A stretch of 58,254 nt of DNA from a virus (taxonomy: Duplodnaviria; Caudoviricetes): positions 1-58,254 of the IMG/VR virus record IMGVR_UViG_3300020235_001162; one strand, given 5' to 3'. Positions within the stretch are counted from its first letter, which is position 1. The number at the start of each line of letters is the position of its first letter. Positions 37,482 through 46,332 of the stretch are shown here, one piece after another. The notes below the pieces were generated by a model, which saw only the letters and a program-made list of their open reading frames with translations, was not told the DNA's origin and ran no database searches. The position numbers and the translations under genes are program-made.

Positions 37482-38308
37482 CTTGCCATCATCTCATGGA
37501 TGTTCATCTGCACCCATCTCAGGTCCGGCAGCCAGTACTTCTTGTCGCTGTCCTTCTCGCTGGTGTGGTGAATTCGTGTTGGGATGCCGAAGGGGTTCCA
37601 ATACTGCTCCAACTTATGCACGTTGCTCTTCTTGTCGTACCCCCCGACGTGTGTGGTGTCGGTCCAGACCACCTGTGGGCAGCCGCAGAGGGTGGCAAGA
37701 TGGATAGGCCCAGACGATGGCCCGACGATGCACCGGCTGCTGGCGAGAATGTCCATCGTCTCGGTGAGTGGTATGTCGCGAAGGTCCGTCGCCATTGGAA
37801 GGGTCAAGGAGCAGCTCTTCAGTCCGATGCAGGCGATAGACAATCCGTAGATCCCCCCGGCCAGCTCGTCCCACCACTCCATCGGTGCCGATCTCCGGTG
37901 GTCGCCACCCTTCATCATGTATCGAGCGTGGAACACCACGTCGTAGGCAGAGCCATGCCTCTTATTGCCGTAGCTGATGAAGGTGCCCTTGCTGGGGAAG
38001 AATATCTGGGGTCTGATGTAATTGGCGTTGCTTGGCATGTCCCCCCTGAAATTCCTGACGATCGCCCTGTCCCCGTCATCCATCCTCTTGCACCCGGAGG
38101 TGTTCTCGGAAGCACTGGTACCATGAGGCACGTCCCAGAACTTGTCTGTGAAGTCGGCGTACAAGGCTCGTGATGTGGGCTTGCACCCCACTGTCACGTC
38201 ATACCCACGGCCCAGACGCCGAATGTTGGCCTGCCATGTCATGATCTCAAACCCAAACTCACCGGAGTACGGCCCGGCCCAGAGGGATTTCCTGTTCGTT
38301 GTTCTCAC
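37478..38308 (-). CDS. GT9/heptosyltransferase-like (GT-B) glycosyltransferase
   Basis: GEFGFE N-terminus; DLR...CIVGPSSGPIHLATLCGCPQVVW. Confidence 0.75.
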   Translation of the reverse strand: MRTTNRKSLWAGPYSGEFGFEIMTWQANIRRLGRGYDVTVGCKPTSRALYADFTDKFWDVPHGTSASENTSGCKRMDDGDRAIVRNFRGDMPSNANYIRPQIFFPSKGTFISYGNKRHGSAYDVVFHARYMMKGGDHRRSAPMEWWDELAGGIYGLSIACIGLKSCSLTLPMATDLRDIPLTETMDILASSRCIVGPSSGPIHLATLCGCPQVVWTDTTHVGGYDKKSNVHKLEQYWNPFGIPTRIHHTSEKDSDKKYWLPDLRWVQMNIHEMMAR

Positions 38309-38925
38309 CGATGCCTCTTCAGGCGGCGGCTGGCCTGCATGTGTTCGATGATCACCTCATGGTCCTCGGACCTCCGGAACCACGGGGCGTCGAAGACCTT
38401 GCAGTACTGCTGCGGCAGATGGAAGGTCAGTGGAGCCTTGCCTGCCTCATGCATCTCGTACCACAGCTCTCCCATGATCTGCTGCCCGTATTGACCCTGC
38501 CCGTCCTCGCGATCGACCCACGCATTCAGCCACTGGATTGCCAGAGGGGTGTAGTTGAACCACATGGTCCCGCTGGAGATGCCGTCACGCCCGGTGTCAG
38601 GACCGCCGGGGATGTGTTCCTTTCTCATCCGTTTGTGCGGGATGAACCACGTCGCGAAGTCGAACTCCTGAGCGAGCCAGCCGCAGATTGTGAACGGTCG
38701 TCGGAACCTCGCGTCGATGTCCACCCACAGGACCGGCATCTTGTGTTCCTCAAGCACCGTGAGAATGTGCTGAGGTTTCATCCCGCAGTTCTTCCGCCAG
38801 CTCCCTTGGGACTCTAGTGTCCGCACGTCGATGATGTCCCCGTACCCCATCTGGTCGGTGGCAGCCTTGATGAAATCTGCCTGCTCACCCTTGTACCCTG
38901 ACGTGAAAAAGCTGGTGACGATCAT
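38305..38925 (-). CDS. GT-A nucleotide-diphospho-sugar transferase
   Basis: SWRKNCGMKP, VLWVDIDA (DxD), SSGTMWF, LPQQYC, IEHMQASR. Confidence 0.8.
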   Translation of the reverse strand: MIVTSFFTSGYKGEQADFIKAATDQMGYGDIIDVRTLESQGSWRKNCGMKPQHILTVLEEHKMPVLWVDIDARFRRPFTICGWLAQEFDFATWFIPHKRMRKEHIPGGPDTGRDGISSGTMWFNYTPLAIQWLNAWVDREDGQGQYGQQIMGELWYEMHEAGKAPLTFHLPQQYCKVFDAPWFRRSEDHEVIIEHMQASRRLKRHR

Positions 38926-39545
38926 CCTCGGTCGATCCCCTTCTGTGTCGTGCTTGCAAGGTGGTGGAAGACTACCGGATCGCCCTTGCATCTCCCCTTG
39001 ATCGCACACCAAGACTGCGGCAGCCAGACCGTGGACGGGCGGATGTCACACCACGCCTGCTGGAGTGTCCACTGGTCCCACTGCCCATCGTCCAACCGGC
39101 AGAGGTGAGCCCACTTATACAGCAGGTCCATTCCACCCAGCGTGTTGTTGATGAAGATGGTCCCGCTATTGAACCATTTGGGTGGGTCGGGCCAGTCGTC
39201 GGGAAGGTTGACCACCCGCCCGCAGGCCTTCCTCTTCCGCTCACCTCCGAAGGAGTAGACACCGAAGTCCACCTCGATGTCCCGGAGCAGGTCAGGCCGC
39301 TTCTTCAACTCAGCGTCGGCGTCGATCCAGAGGATGGGCCGTGAGAGGATCCGCATGCAGTTCAGCATGAACGGACCCTTGATGGCACAGTTGCTCACCC
39401 ACCGGCCAGTGTCCTTCAGCTCAACAGACATGCAGGGCACCTTGAGTGCCGCACATGACTCCCTCAGCTTGGCCGCGTACTTCGGATACGGGTCTTGAGA
39501 GGTGTAGTAGTTGACGACCGTGACCGGCCTTGGTCCTGTCGCCAT
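38922..39545 (-). CDS. GT-A nucleotide-diphospho-sugar transferase (paralog)
   Basis: WVSNCAIKG, ILWIDADA, NSGTIF, WDQWTLQ, LPQSWC, HHLAS. Confidence 0.8.
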   Translation of the reverse strand: MATGPRPVTVVNYYTSQDPYPKYAAKLRESCAALKVPCMSVELKDTGRWVSNCAIKGPFMLNCMRILSRPILWIDADAELKKRPDLLRDIEVDFGVYSFGGERKRKACGRVVNLPDDWPDPPKWFNSGTIFINNTLGGMDLLYKWAHLCRLDDGQWDQWTLQQAWCDIRPSTVWLPQSWCAIKGRCKGDPVVFHHLASTTQKGIDRG

Positions 39546-39552
39546 TGGCGAC
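39538..39552. repeat. 15-bp palindrome copy 7 (follows a stop codon and contains the next ATG)
   Basis: TGA-GTCGCCA-ATG-GCGAC reading TGAGTCGCCAATGGCGAC on the - strand. Confidence 0.95.
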
Positions 39553-40164
39553 TCAGCTCCCGGTGCCGTTGGATCTCATCTTGTCCACCACGGCTCGTGC
39601 CGAGCTACCCAGCTCGGACTTGATGGCCGGACCAGCTGCGTCCATGGCTCTGGCAAAGGCCGGGTCTTTGCTCTTGACCGTGTCCAGTGCGTTGACCAGC
39701 CTGCCGAATGACACACGCTTCTTGCGGCTCCGATACCACTCCGAGATACCACCGACGACGATGCCCAGAGGAATGCTGATCGGGGCAGGCAGGTACGATG
39801 TGAGCCCCTTCGCCACGTCACCCATGTCGGGCTGGCGACCAGCAGCAGCGGCGTCGGACCTGCTCCGATCCAAGAGCCTCTGCATCCCGGCAAGCTGGGC
39901 CTTGGATCGAGCCAGTGCGGCAGCTTCATCGGGTGACAGCGGTGAGTTCACAGCCTTGGCCTCCATCATGGCGACCTCATGCTGCATCGACATGATCATC
40001 GCGTCCGTCTCCATGTAGACCGAAGCAACGATGGTCGGGTCGTCGTATGGACCCTTCGGACCTGTCTCACAGGCGAACGGGATCGTTGTGATGACCGCAA
40101 AAATGACCGAGACGATACAGACCCGCTTGGCCCAACGGACGTGATTTTTGGTTATGACCATCAT
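39553..40164 (-). CDS. putative lipoprotein/membrane protein (lysis-module candidate)
   Basis: signal peptide ending in FAC, coiled coil, second hydrophobic segment. Confidence 0.55.
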   Translation of the reverse strand: MMVITKNHVRWAKRVCIVSVIFAVITTIPFACETGPKGPYDDPTIVASVYMETDAMIMSMQHEVAMMEAKAVNSPLSPDEAAALARSKAQLAGMQRLLDRSRSDAAAAGRQPDMGDVAKGLTSYLPAPISIPLGIVVGGISEWYRSRKKRVSFGRLVNALDTVKSKDPAFARAMDAAGPAIKSELGSSARAVVDKMRSNGTGS

Positions 40165-40436
40165 GGGATACGCTCCTCGATCCGTTCAAGGATTTTAGTG
40201 TTGACGGCCTGCTGCGTCGTGATGGTATTCAACTTGGTGACGATCAGGCCCATCTGTGCTTCAGACTTGTTCTGCTGGACACTGTTGGCGGCAACCCGCT
40301 CGACCAAGACGGCGTGGCCTGCGGCGTTCAGGTGCCGGACCACTGCAAAAACCGCCGTGGCAATTCCTATCACGGCAAGGCCAGTACCGACCCTCATGAT
40401 CCAGATGCGTCCGTTCGGATTCTTGGGTAATGTCAT
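40161..40436 (-). CDS. single-TM plus coiled-coil protein (holin-like candidate)
   Basis: VGTGLAVIGIATAVFAVV followed by a coiled coil. Confidence 0.5.
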   Translation of the reverse strand: MTLPKNPNGRIWIMRVGTGLAVIGIATAVFAVVRHLNAAGHAVLVERVAANSVQQNKSEAQMGLIVTKLNTITTQQAVNTKILERIEERIP

Positions 40437-40443
40437 GGGCTGC

Positions 40444-40812
40444 TTACGGTTTGGAGGGGCAGACGAAGTCCTCTGGTGTCAGACGTTGTCGCCTGTATCT
40501 CGTGAAATCGTACCACCCCCAAATCTCAAGGGCACGTCCCGCACAGGCGACCCATCGTTCGGCAGCAGACGAGTCTAGGCACTTCTTGATCCGGCGGCTG
40601 AAATCGGTGACCGCACAGTACTGAATGATCAACACCTCGTCCTCGTCGAAGGCGTGAGCGTCACCGAAACCGTGCAGATCCTTCCACCAGTTGGTGCCGG
40701 GAATGGGCCGGTCACATGAGTCAACCGTGTACCCAAGCTCTTTGAGCCTCGCCAGAGAGCATGCCCGGAATGATCTCTTCTTCGACAAAACGGAGGAGGC
40801 AGGGCAACCCAC
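40444..40812 (-). CDS. PD-(D/E)XK nuclease, Holliday-junction-resolvase-like
   Basis: LKELGYTV...DLHGFGDAHAF...LIIQ...EIWGW; start uncertain. Confidence 0.65.
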   Translation of the reverse strand: MGCPASSVLSKKRSFRACSLARLKELGYTVDSCDRPIPGTNWWKDLHGFGDAHAFDEDEVLIIQYCAVTDFSRRIKKCLDSSAAERWVACAGRALEIWGWYDFTRYRRQRLTPEDFVCPSKP

Positions 40813-40831
40813 CCCCTCCGCTCGACAAACC

Positions 40832-41224
40832 TCAACCTGAAACGGTCGGACCACTACGAGTGGACGAGGGCGTCGTGTCCCGCCCATCAGACCTGAGGTC
40901 GTCTATGTCGCTCATGATACTGTCGAGTGACTGCCGCCACCATTTGCCGTCGCTGAGGCAATGCTCGTCGTATCTCGCCTTCAGCTCGTTCCAGTTCTTC
41001 CACAGAATATTGTGCTGCTCTGTCAGTTCACTTACCTCTCTTTGCAGCTTGGAAGAGTGCTTGGCGTATCCGCTCACACGCACCGTCAAACTCTGAACTG
41101 TCTCCTGTAGATCCGCGAGCTGGTCGGAGACGGACTTCAAGGACGGGGGTGTCGCCATTGGCGACTGTGAGGGGGCCTGAGTCGGTGAGCTTGATGCTGT
41201 GTCCGTTGAGCTTGAGTCCGACAT
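40832..41224 (-). CDS. coiled-coil hypothetical protein
   Basis: GAAAGG RBS; heptads LADLQETVQSL...; overlaps the alternative ORF 41028..41261. Confidence 0.55.
   Translation of the reverse strand: MSDSSSTDTASSSPTQAPSQSPMATPPSLKSVSDQLADLQETVQSLTVRVSGYAKHSSKLQREVSELTEQHNILWKNWNELKARYDEHCLSDGKWWRQSLDSIMSDIDDLRSDGRDTTPSSTRSGPTVSG
41151..41165. repeat. 15-bp palindrome copy 8 (inside CDS)
   Basis: exact match. Confidence 0.95.
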
Positions 41225-41260
41225 TGTCGCCGCCTTTCAGGGTGAGGGAGATCAGGTTCA

Positions 41261-41662
41261 TCAGTACGCTTCCTCGCTGTCAGCTGTCCTCTGGTCCGAT
41301 TCGTCGGGGTACTGGTCCTCGCTGCTCTCGCCCCTGCCGGTCAGCTCCTCCCACGTCTTCCAGCCACGGCGTCCACCGTCCTTCTCTTTGTTCTTGGCCC
41401 ACAGGTCGCTCTTGCCCCGCTGGCCGAAGCTCAGGATCCGGCGGCATTCGTGGCACCAGCACTCGTAGTTGACGAAGGGCTTGCCCTCCTTGGATGTGCC
41501 GGGCCGGTACACCAGCTGGGTGTTCACGCTGTCGCAGTGGGCACAGGTCAGGTTGCCGAAGACACCTTGCACGTCGGCGACTGCTTCAAACAATCCCGTC
41601 ATGGTGTCTGCCTCCACCTCGATGGTGGTCCGCTTGTCCGGGGTGAGGATTCGTGCGATCAT
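41261..41662 (-). CDS. Zn-binding protein with acidic aromatic-ended tail (SSB-like candidate)
   Basis: CAHC...CHEC, LSFGQ, GWKTW, tail ...DSEEAY; AGGAG RBS. Confidence 0.6.
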   Translation of the reverse strand: MIARILTPDKRTTIEVEADTMTGLFEAVADVQGVFGNLTCAHCDSVNTQLVYRPGTSKEGKPFVNYECWCHECRRILSFGQRGKSDLWAKNKEKDGGRRGWKTWEELTGRGESSEDQYPDESDQRTADSEEAY

Positions 41663-41946
41663 TTCGTTGCTCCTGTCTTGGTTCGGATTGAAGCAGGCAC
41701 GTCGCCCGCCTTGCGTGCGTCGATCAGGGCGAGGCAGCACGCTCCCCGCCGGATGGTTTGCCCGGTCTTCGCGATGAAGCGGGCGGTGAGCAGCTCACAC
41801 AGCAGATCGTTCTCGATCATGTTGTCGGGCGTGAGCTGTGTGCTTCGGTAATCCTCTTTCAGCCGCATAAACACGTCCACCAGCTGGCTCCTGTAGGTTC
41901 CGGTCACAGTCTTGGCGGTGCGGAAGTCGAACTCGATCATGGTCAT
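41659..41946 (-). CDS. hypothetical protein
   Basis: AAAGGAG RBS, ATGA overlap downstream. Confidence 0.7.
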   Translation of the reverse strand: MTMIEFDFRTAKTVTGTYRSQLVDVFMRLKEDYRSTQLTPDNMIENDLLCELLTARFIAKTGQTIRRGACCLALIDARKAGDVPASIRTKTGATK

Positions 41947-41959
41947 CTCCTTTGGTTAG

Positions 41960-42510
41960 ATTCGGCCTGCCTACACCCCCCGCCATCCGCTGGGATCCTC
42001 AGGTCGGGATTCCCAGAGCCATTCGCCAAGCGTAGCCCGTCCAACGTCCTACCGTGTCAGTGACCAGAGGGATCCCAGCACCGCCCACCGGGTGTATGGC
42101 GTGGGGCGGCTTGTTGCTCTGGTGTGACGGTGACGACAGGGACGGGTGACCGCTGCTCGCACGGGGGTACTGCGAGTCTGGGTGTGCGGCCTTCCTTTGC
42201 CAACCCGTTGAGAGTTCAACGTGGTAACGGGTACGAACCCACGATACGCGAGGCCCATCAGGCCTGAGTTGTAAAGCCACCCGCTACCGCCGTATAGGCA
42301 ACGGGTGGTGAGGCCCCAACAAGGGGCACCGAAAGGAATCGAAAGACAAGCAGCCACAGGTGGTAGCCTGCGGCTGCTCGGATTAGGTTCAGGGTTCCGC
42401 TCTGGTGACCTCTTCCAAAAGGCCAGAGCGATCCCACCAAGAACCCGTAGATTATGTCGTGTGGAAGAGGTCAACTGGTTCTCCTATCAGGGGTTACCAA
42501 ATCCTGATGC
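41960..42510. ncRNA. hairpin-dense intergenic element (structured RNA or replication-origin candidate)
   Basis: 12-bp IR TGACCTCTTCCA/TGGAAGAGGTCA, GCAGCCACAGG/CCTGCGGCTGC, CGCTCTGG/CCAGAGCG, GAAA loops; no convincing ORF; directly after a promoter. Confidence 0.4.
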
Positions 42511-42515
42511 ACACC

Positions 42516-42544
42516 ATACTAGCAAGCCGAACTACCCCGGTCAA
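42516..42544 (-). promoter_or_regulatory. sigma70-type promoter
   Basis: TTGACC-17-TAGTAT. Confidence 0.7.
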
Positions 42545-42562
42545 GAGATAATTCGGAGTTTG

Positions 42563-44254
42563 TCAGGCTGGACGACGCCATCCGTTCTCAGCTATCGCCG
42601 TGATCAGATCACTGGCTGCTTCGAACGTCACGTCCTTGGGGTCGTATTCGAACCGCTTGAGCAGCTTGGCCTGCTTGAAGGTGCAGAGCTTCTTCTCCCG
42701 GCGGGCCTGTAGCTCACCGATGACGGTGCTGCACTCAGCGAACGTCATCTGGTCCACGTCATCGACACCGGCACGGCGGAGGAAGCCGATCATCCGGTCG
42801 GTGGCCGGGCGGCCCCGGTTCCACTGCCGCTCACGCCGGGGCGTCAGGTGGAACACGTTGAACGGGCTGATCTTCTGGCTGCGGTAGCGGGCCTTGGCCT
42901 GCACCTTCTTGCGGCGGGCCTGCTCCTCTTCCTCGATCTGGGTAGCGGCCTCGGCAAGGACCAGCTGCATGTTGACGGCCTCGCCGTTCTGCTGCTGCCG
43001 TGCGTTGGCTGCTGCCCGCTCGATGACATCGTCCTCGTACCGACCGCCGAGGATGTCGGCGGTGCTGATGAGCTTGTGCCGTCCGCTGTTGCCGACGAAG
43101 TCGATGATGGTCATCTTCGGCTTGCGGCTCTGGGCGATGGACTTCTTGCGGTCCTCTGGATCCTCCTGTTGACCGAGGAGGTCCACGATGTCGTCGGCGG
43201 GCCGGGTACCACGGCCAGCCATCTGGGCGTAGAGGCACCGGCTCTTGGTTGGCCGGGCCATGGCGATGACCTCGATGCCGGGGCAGTCGAAGCCCTCGGT
43301 GGCGATCATGCAGTTGACGAGGTACTGGAACTTGCCCTCCTTGTATTGCCGGATGATCTCTCGACGCTCGTCCTTGGGAGTGTTCTGGTAGACGAAGCAG
43401 GCAGATCCCGGCTGGTACCGGTTGAATATTTCGCACAGCCGCTTGGCCTGATGGACCGAGGCGGCGAAGACCAGAGTCTGGCGACCGTCAGCGATCTCGC
43501 GGGTGGGCACCGCCACCTCATGCAGGATCTCCTCGTCCTCAAGGATCCCGCACAGATCCTTCTGGTTCAGGTCGCCAGCCGTGGTCCGGACTCCTGAGAA
43601 GTCCAGCTCGTCCACCTCGACGAAGTGCTGCTCAATGGGGACCAGCCAGCCGAGGTCGATGGACTCAACGATCTCCATGTCGAAGGCCACGACCTCAAAG
43701 ACCTTGCCGAGAGCCATTTCGTCGGTGCGGTCAGGCGTGGCCGTGTAGCCGATGACCTTGATGCGGGGGTTGATGCCAGTGTAGTACTCCACGACCCGCT
43801 GGTAGCTCTTAGCAGTGGCGTGGTGGGCTTCGTCGATGATGATGGTCCCGAACTCCTCCGGGTTCATCCGCTCCATCCTGCGGCCCGTACCGGCCCGTGC
43901 GTTCTGGGTCTGGACCGATGTCACGACGAACCGGCTCCGCTTGTCGTCCATGTAGGGGTCGAAGCCATCAACGAGCCGGGACTGGTCGGGCTGGTCGTCG
44001 GCCCGAAGCTCAGCCATCTCGATGACAGGCTCCTCGCCAGTGACGAGGCGGACCTTGTTCACGGCCTGCCGGATCAGCTCGTCACGGTGGGCCATGATCA
44101 GGGTCCGACCATGTTCCGACCGTTGGTTGATCAGATCGGCGAAGGTGATGGTTTTCCCCATGCCAGTGGGCATCACTACGAGGGCGGATGATGCTGCCTC
44201 AAGGGCAGCGTGGGTCTGCTCGTTGCACTGGACCTGATAGTCTCGGAGTTTCAT
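42563..44254 (-). CDS. superfamily 2 DEAH helicase (ResIII/IRC3-like)
   Basis: LRDYQ, MPTGMGKT, IIDEAHH, GYTATPDR, TEGFD, QMAGRGTR; C-terminal ATDRM/CTFKQ repeats. Confidence 0.93.
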   Translation of the reverse strand: MKLRDYQVQCNEQTHAALEAASSALVVMPTGMGKTITFADLINQRSEHGRTLIMAHRDELIRQAVNKVRLVTGEEPVIEMAELRADDQPDQSRLVDGFDPYMDDKRSRFVVTSVQTQNARAGTGRRMERMNPEEFGTIIIDEAHHATAKSYQRVVEYYTGINPRIKVIGYTATPDRTDEMALGKVFEVVAFDMEIVESIDLGWLVPIEQHFVEVDELDFSGVRTTAGDLNQKDLCGILEDEEILHEVAVPTREIADGRQTLVFAASVHQAKRLCEIFNRYQPGSACFVYQNTPKDERREIIRQYKEGKFQYLVNCMIATEGFDCPGIEVIAMARPTKSRCLYAQMAGRGTRPADDIVDLLGQQEDPEDRKKSIAQSRKPKMTIIDFVGNSGRHKLISTADILGGRYEDDVIERAAANARQQQNGEAVNMQLVLAEAATQIEEEEQARRKKVQAKARYRSQKISPFNVFHLTPRRERQWNRGRPATDRMIGFLRRAGVDDVDQMTFAECSTVIGELQARREKKLCTFKQAKLLKRFEYDPKDVTFEAASDLITAIAENGWRRPA

Positions 44255-44284
44255 GTGGGTTCCTTTCGGTGGGTGAGGAGTAGA

Positions 44285-44313
44285 ATGGTAGGCAGATGGT
44301 AGCCTGAAGTCAA
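44285..44313 (-). promoter_or_regulatory. sigma70 promoter, CTAC-N7-CTAC family
   Basis: TTGACT-TCAGGCTACCATCTGCC-TACCAT. Confidence 0.8.
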
Positions 44314-44362
44314 ACCAGCCCCGCAGGTTTCCCCACGGGGCTGGCGTCAACCGAGAGCAGCG

Positions 44363-45211
44363 TTAGCTCTTCTTCGGTGCCTTGGCGTCAGCCTTCTTGC
44401 CAACGGGCGACTGCTTCCAGCCGGACTCGTTGACCCAGCCGCGTGGGTTCAGGCCGGTGTCCTTGTCGCCACAGGCCATGCACTTCTTCACGCCCTGCTT
44501 GCCCTTGCAGTAGGGGCACACGGCGAAGGGGCGGCTGAACTTGATCGCGGCGAACATGTTCATCCGGTCCTGCTCCAGCGAGGTGAGCTGGTTGCCGATG
44601 TAGAAGGCGGCGTTGCCCTCGACCATCTCTTCGACCAGTGTCTTGAGCTGGCTGAGGACTCGCATGCCCTCGTCGAAGGTAGCCTTGGAGGTGGCGAAGA
44701 TCCCAAGCAGATGGTCGGGGATCGCAATCCCAACGCTGTCCTTCTCGACTGAGGCTGCCGGGCGGGCGACCTCAGGTGCGGACACGCGGATGGCCTCTCG
44801 GACATCAGAGGCCTGACGGGGACGCTCAGCCTTCGCGGCGACGGCGTCGGCAGCGGCCATGACTTCCTGACGCTGATCGGCGGGAACCTTCTTGAGGTCA
44901 CGCAGGTGTGACTCAGGAGTCACGCCGATCTCGATGTTCAGGGCACGTTCGTGCTGCCCGGCGGCGAGCTGGCGGAAGGCGGTGGACCGGTGGCCCGGCA
45001 GAACCTTCTTGGACCAGCCTTCCCAGTTGGTGTGGCCCAAGACCTTCCAGCCGCGACCGTCGCTGAAGTCAACGAGCAGTCGGCGGAGGGTGCCTTGCTC
45101 GCCTTCAACCTTCACGCACTGGTCAGCGATCCGCTCGCTCAGACGCTTCGCTTTGACGAGCGACATGTCATTCTTGGCGAGGTCTACAACTTCGGTCTTC
45201 GTAGCAGTCAT
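44363..45211 (-). CDS. DNA-binding protein (ParB/KorB-like HTH region, DUF3102-like) with C-terminal zinc finger
   Basis: GWKVLGHTNWEGW...RSTAFRQL...PESHLRDL; CPYC...CMAC...GW. Confidence 0.55.
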   Translation of the reverse strand: MTATKTEVVDLAKNDMSLVKAKRLSERIADQCVKVEGEQGTLRRLLVDFSDGRGWKVLGHTNWEGWSKKVLPGHRSTAFRQLAAGQHERALNIEIGVTPESHLRDLKKVPADQRQEVMAAADAVAAKAERPRQASDVREAIRVSAPEVARPAASVEKDSVGIAIPDHLLGIFATSKATFDEGMRVLSQLKTLVEEMVEGNAAFYIGNQLTSLEQDRMNMFAAIKFSRPFAVCPYCKGKQGVKKCMACGDKDTGLNPRGWVNESGWKQSPVGKKADAKAPKKS

Positions 45212-45248
45212 GTTCGTAGCTCCTGTTCGGTAAGGGTGACAGAGTACT

Positions 45249-45276
45249 ATCTTAGTCAGAGTAAACGACAAGTCAA
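45249..45276 (-). promoter_or_regulatory. sigma70-type promoter
   Basis: TTGACT-16-TAAGAT. Confidence 0.55.
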
Positions 45277-45315
45277 GGTTGCCCCTGACTTGCCGTGGGA
45301 ACCGTGACGGTGGAG

Positions 45316-46332
45316 TCACGATGTCTGGCGTGACCGGAGTGCCTCCAGCCACTCGTCGAGGATATCTTCGGGCAGTCCGAAGATGTTCTTGATGCTCGGA
45401 CGGGAGTGCTTGCGGGCAAGTGCCGCCAGCGTCTGAGCCTCGGCTGCGACAGCCGCACCGTTATCCGTGTGCTGCTCGTCGAGCAGGTGCCGGATGGCGA
45501 TGATCTTCTGGCCGACAGCCTCGTCCACCTCAGTCTCCAGCCCGGTGCGGGAGGTGAAGTCCGGGTCGTCGCCAGCCTCCAGACCCAGCACCCTCATGAG
45601 GGCGTACTTGTCTGCGTAGGTGCTGGCCTTGCCCGGCCCCTTGTCGTAGCCGTCGAACTTCCAGCTCCACCCGGTGGAGGCGACCTCCACGTCGATGAAG
45701 TCAGCGGCGTCATCGACGCACTGGAACCGGAAGGTCCATGTGTACTCGGCCCACAGGGCCGGGCCGTGGCTGGTGTCCACGACCTGACACTCATGCCGCT
45801 TACAGTTCAGCGGGTACCAGAGGACGCGGGCCTTCTGGAACAGGGGACGAACGGCCCTCACTAGCTCAGGGTGAGCGACTGCGGAGTCGTAGGCTGCGTC
45901 ACCAGCAGACAGGTCCACCTTCTGGATGTAGTCCCGCTGCTCCCGGATCCACCACAGCCGCTGCTGGATGGTGGCGGTCGCGTCGGGCACGTCGTTCATG
46001 AGCTGGTTGAGCATGGTGACGCCCGCCGTCGCCGAGTTGTCCGGGCTGCTGGCCTCCTTGTCGCCATTGGCGACTGCCTCATGCGACCGGAGGATGCCGG
46101 TGGCGATGTGCATGGCGGTCATGTCCCCGACACCGGGGACCATGGCGGCAAGGTGATCAGCGATCACGGCCACGTTGCCATTGAAGCGTTTGTGGAGGTT
46201 CGCCATATCAGTGGTGGACCAGCCTGCTTCGTGCAGGGCTCGAAAGCAGCGACCCTTCATGCGGTTGCAGTAGCGGTACACCCAGATGTGGAGCGGGTGT
46301 TCGTGGGTAAAGGTGGTGGCGGTGGCAGTCAT
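45316..46332 (-). CDS. erf: ERF-family ssDNA annealing protein with N-terminal HhH-like extension
   Basis: DKGPGKASTYADKYALMRVLGLEAGDDPD ERF signature. Confidence 0.85.
   Translation of the reverse strand: MTATATTFTHEHPLHIWVYRYCNRMKGRCFRALHEAGWSTTDMANLHKRFNGNVAVIADHLAAMVPGVGDMTAMHIATGILRSHEAVANGDKEASSPDNSATAGVTMLNQLMNDVPDATATIQQRLWWIREQRDYIQKVDLSAGDAAYDSAVAHPELVRAVRPLFQKARVLWYPLNCKRHECQVVDTSHGPALWAEYTWTFRFQCVDDAADFIDVEVASTGWSWKFDGYDKGPGKASTYADKYALMRVLGLEAGDDPDFTSRTGLETEVDEAVGQKIIAIRHLLDEQHTDNGAAVAAEAQTLAALARKHSRPSIKNIFGLPEDILDEWLEALRSRQTS
46060..46074. repeat. 15-bp palindrome copy 9 (inside CDS linker, VANGD)
   Basis: exact match. Confidence 0.95.

Noticed and set aside
37788-37798. Additional palindrome copy GTCGCCATTGG
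   Set aside because: Only 11 of 15 bases match (other half-sites near 35093 and 47605 are similar); not counted.
42306-42329. Similarity TGGTGAGGC..CCAACAAGGG between 42.3 kb (+) and 53.1 kb (-)
   Set aside because: Short, gapped and in opposite orientation; it could be chance without homolog support.
42049-42474. 141-aa ORF with TTG start
   Set aside because: Arg/Pro-rich atypical composition over dense inverted repeats. An AGGAG precedes it, so it is not fully excluded.
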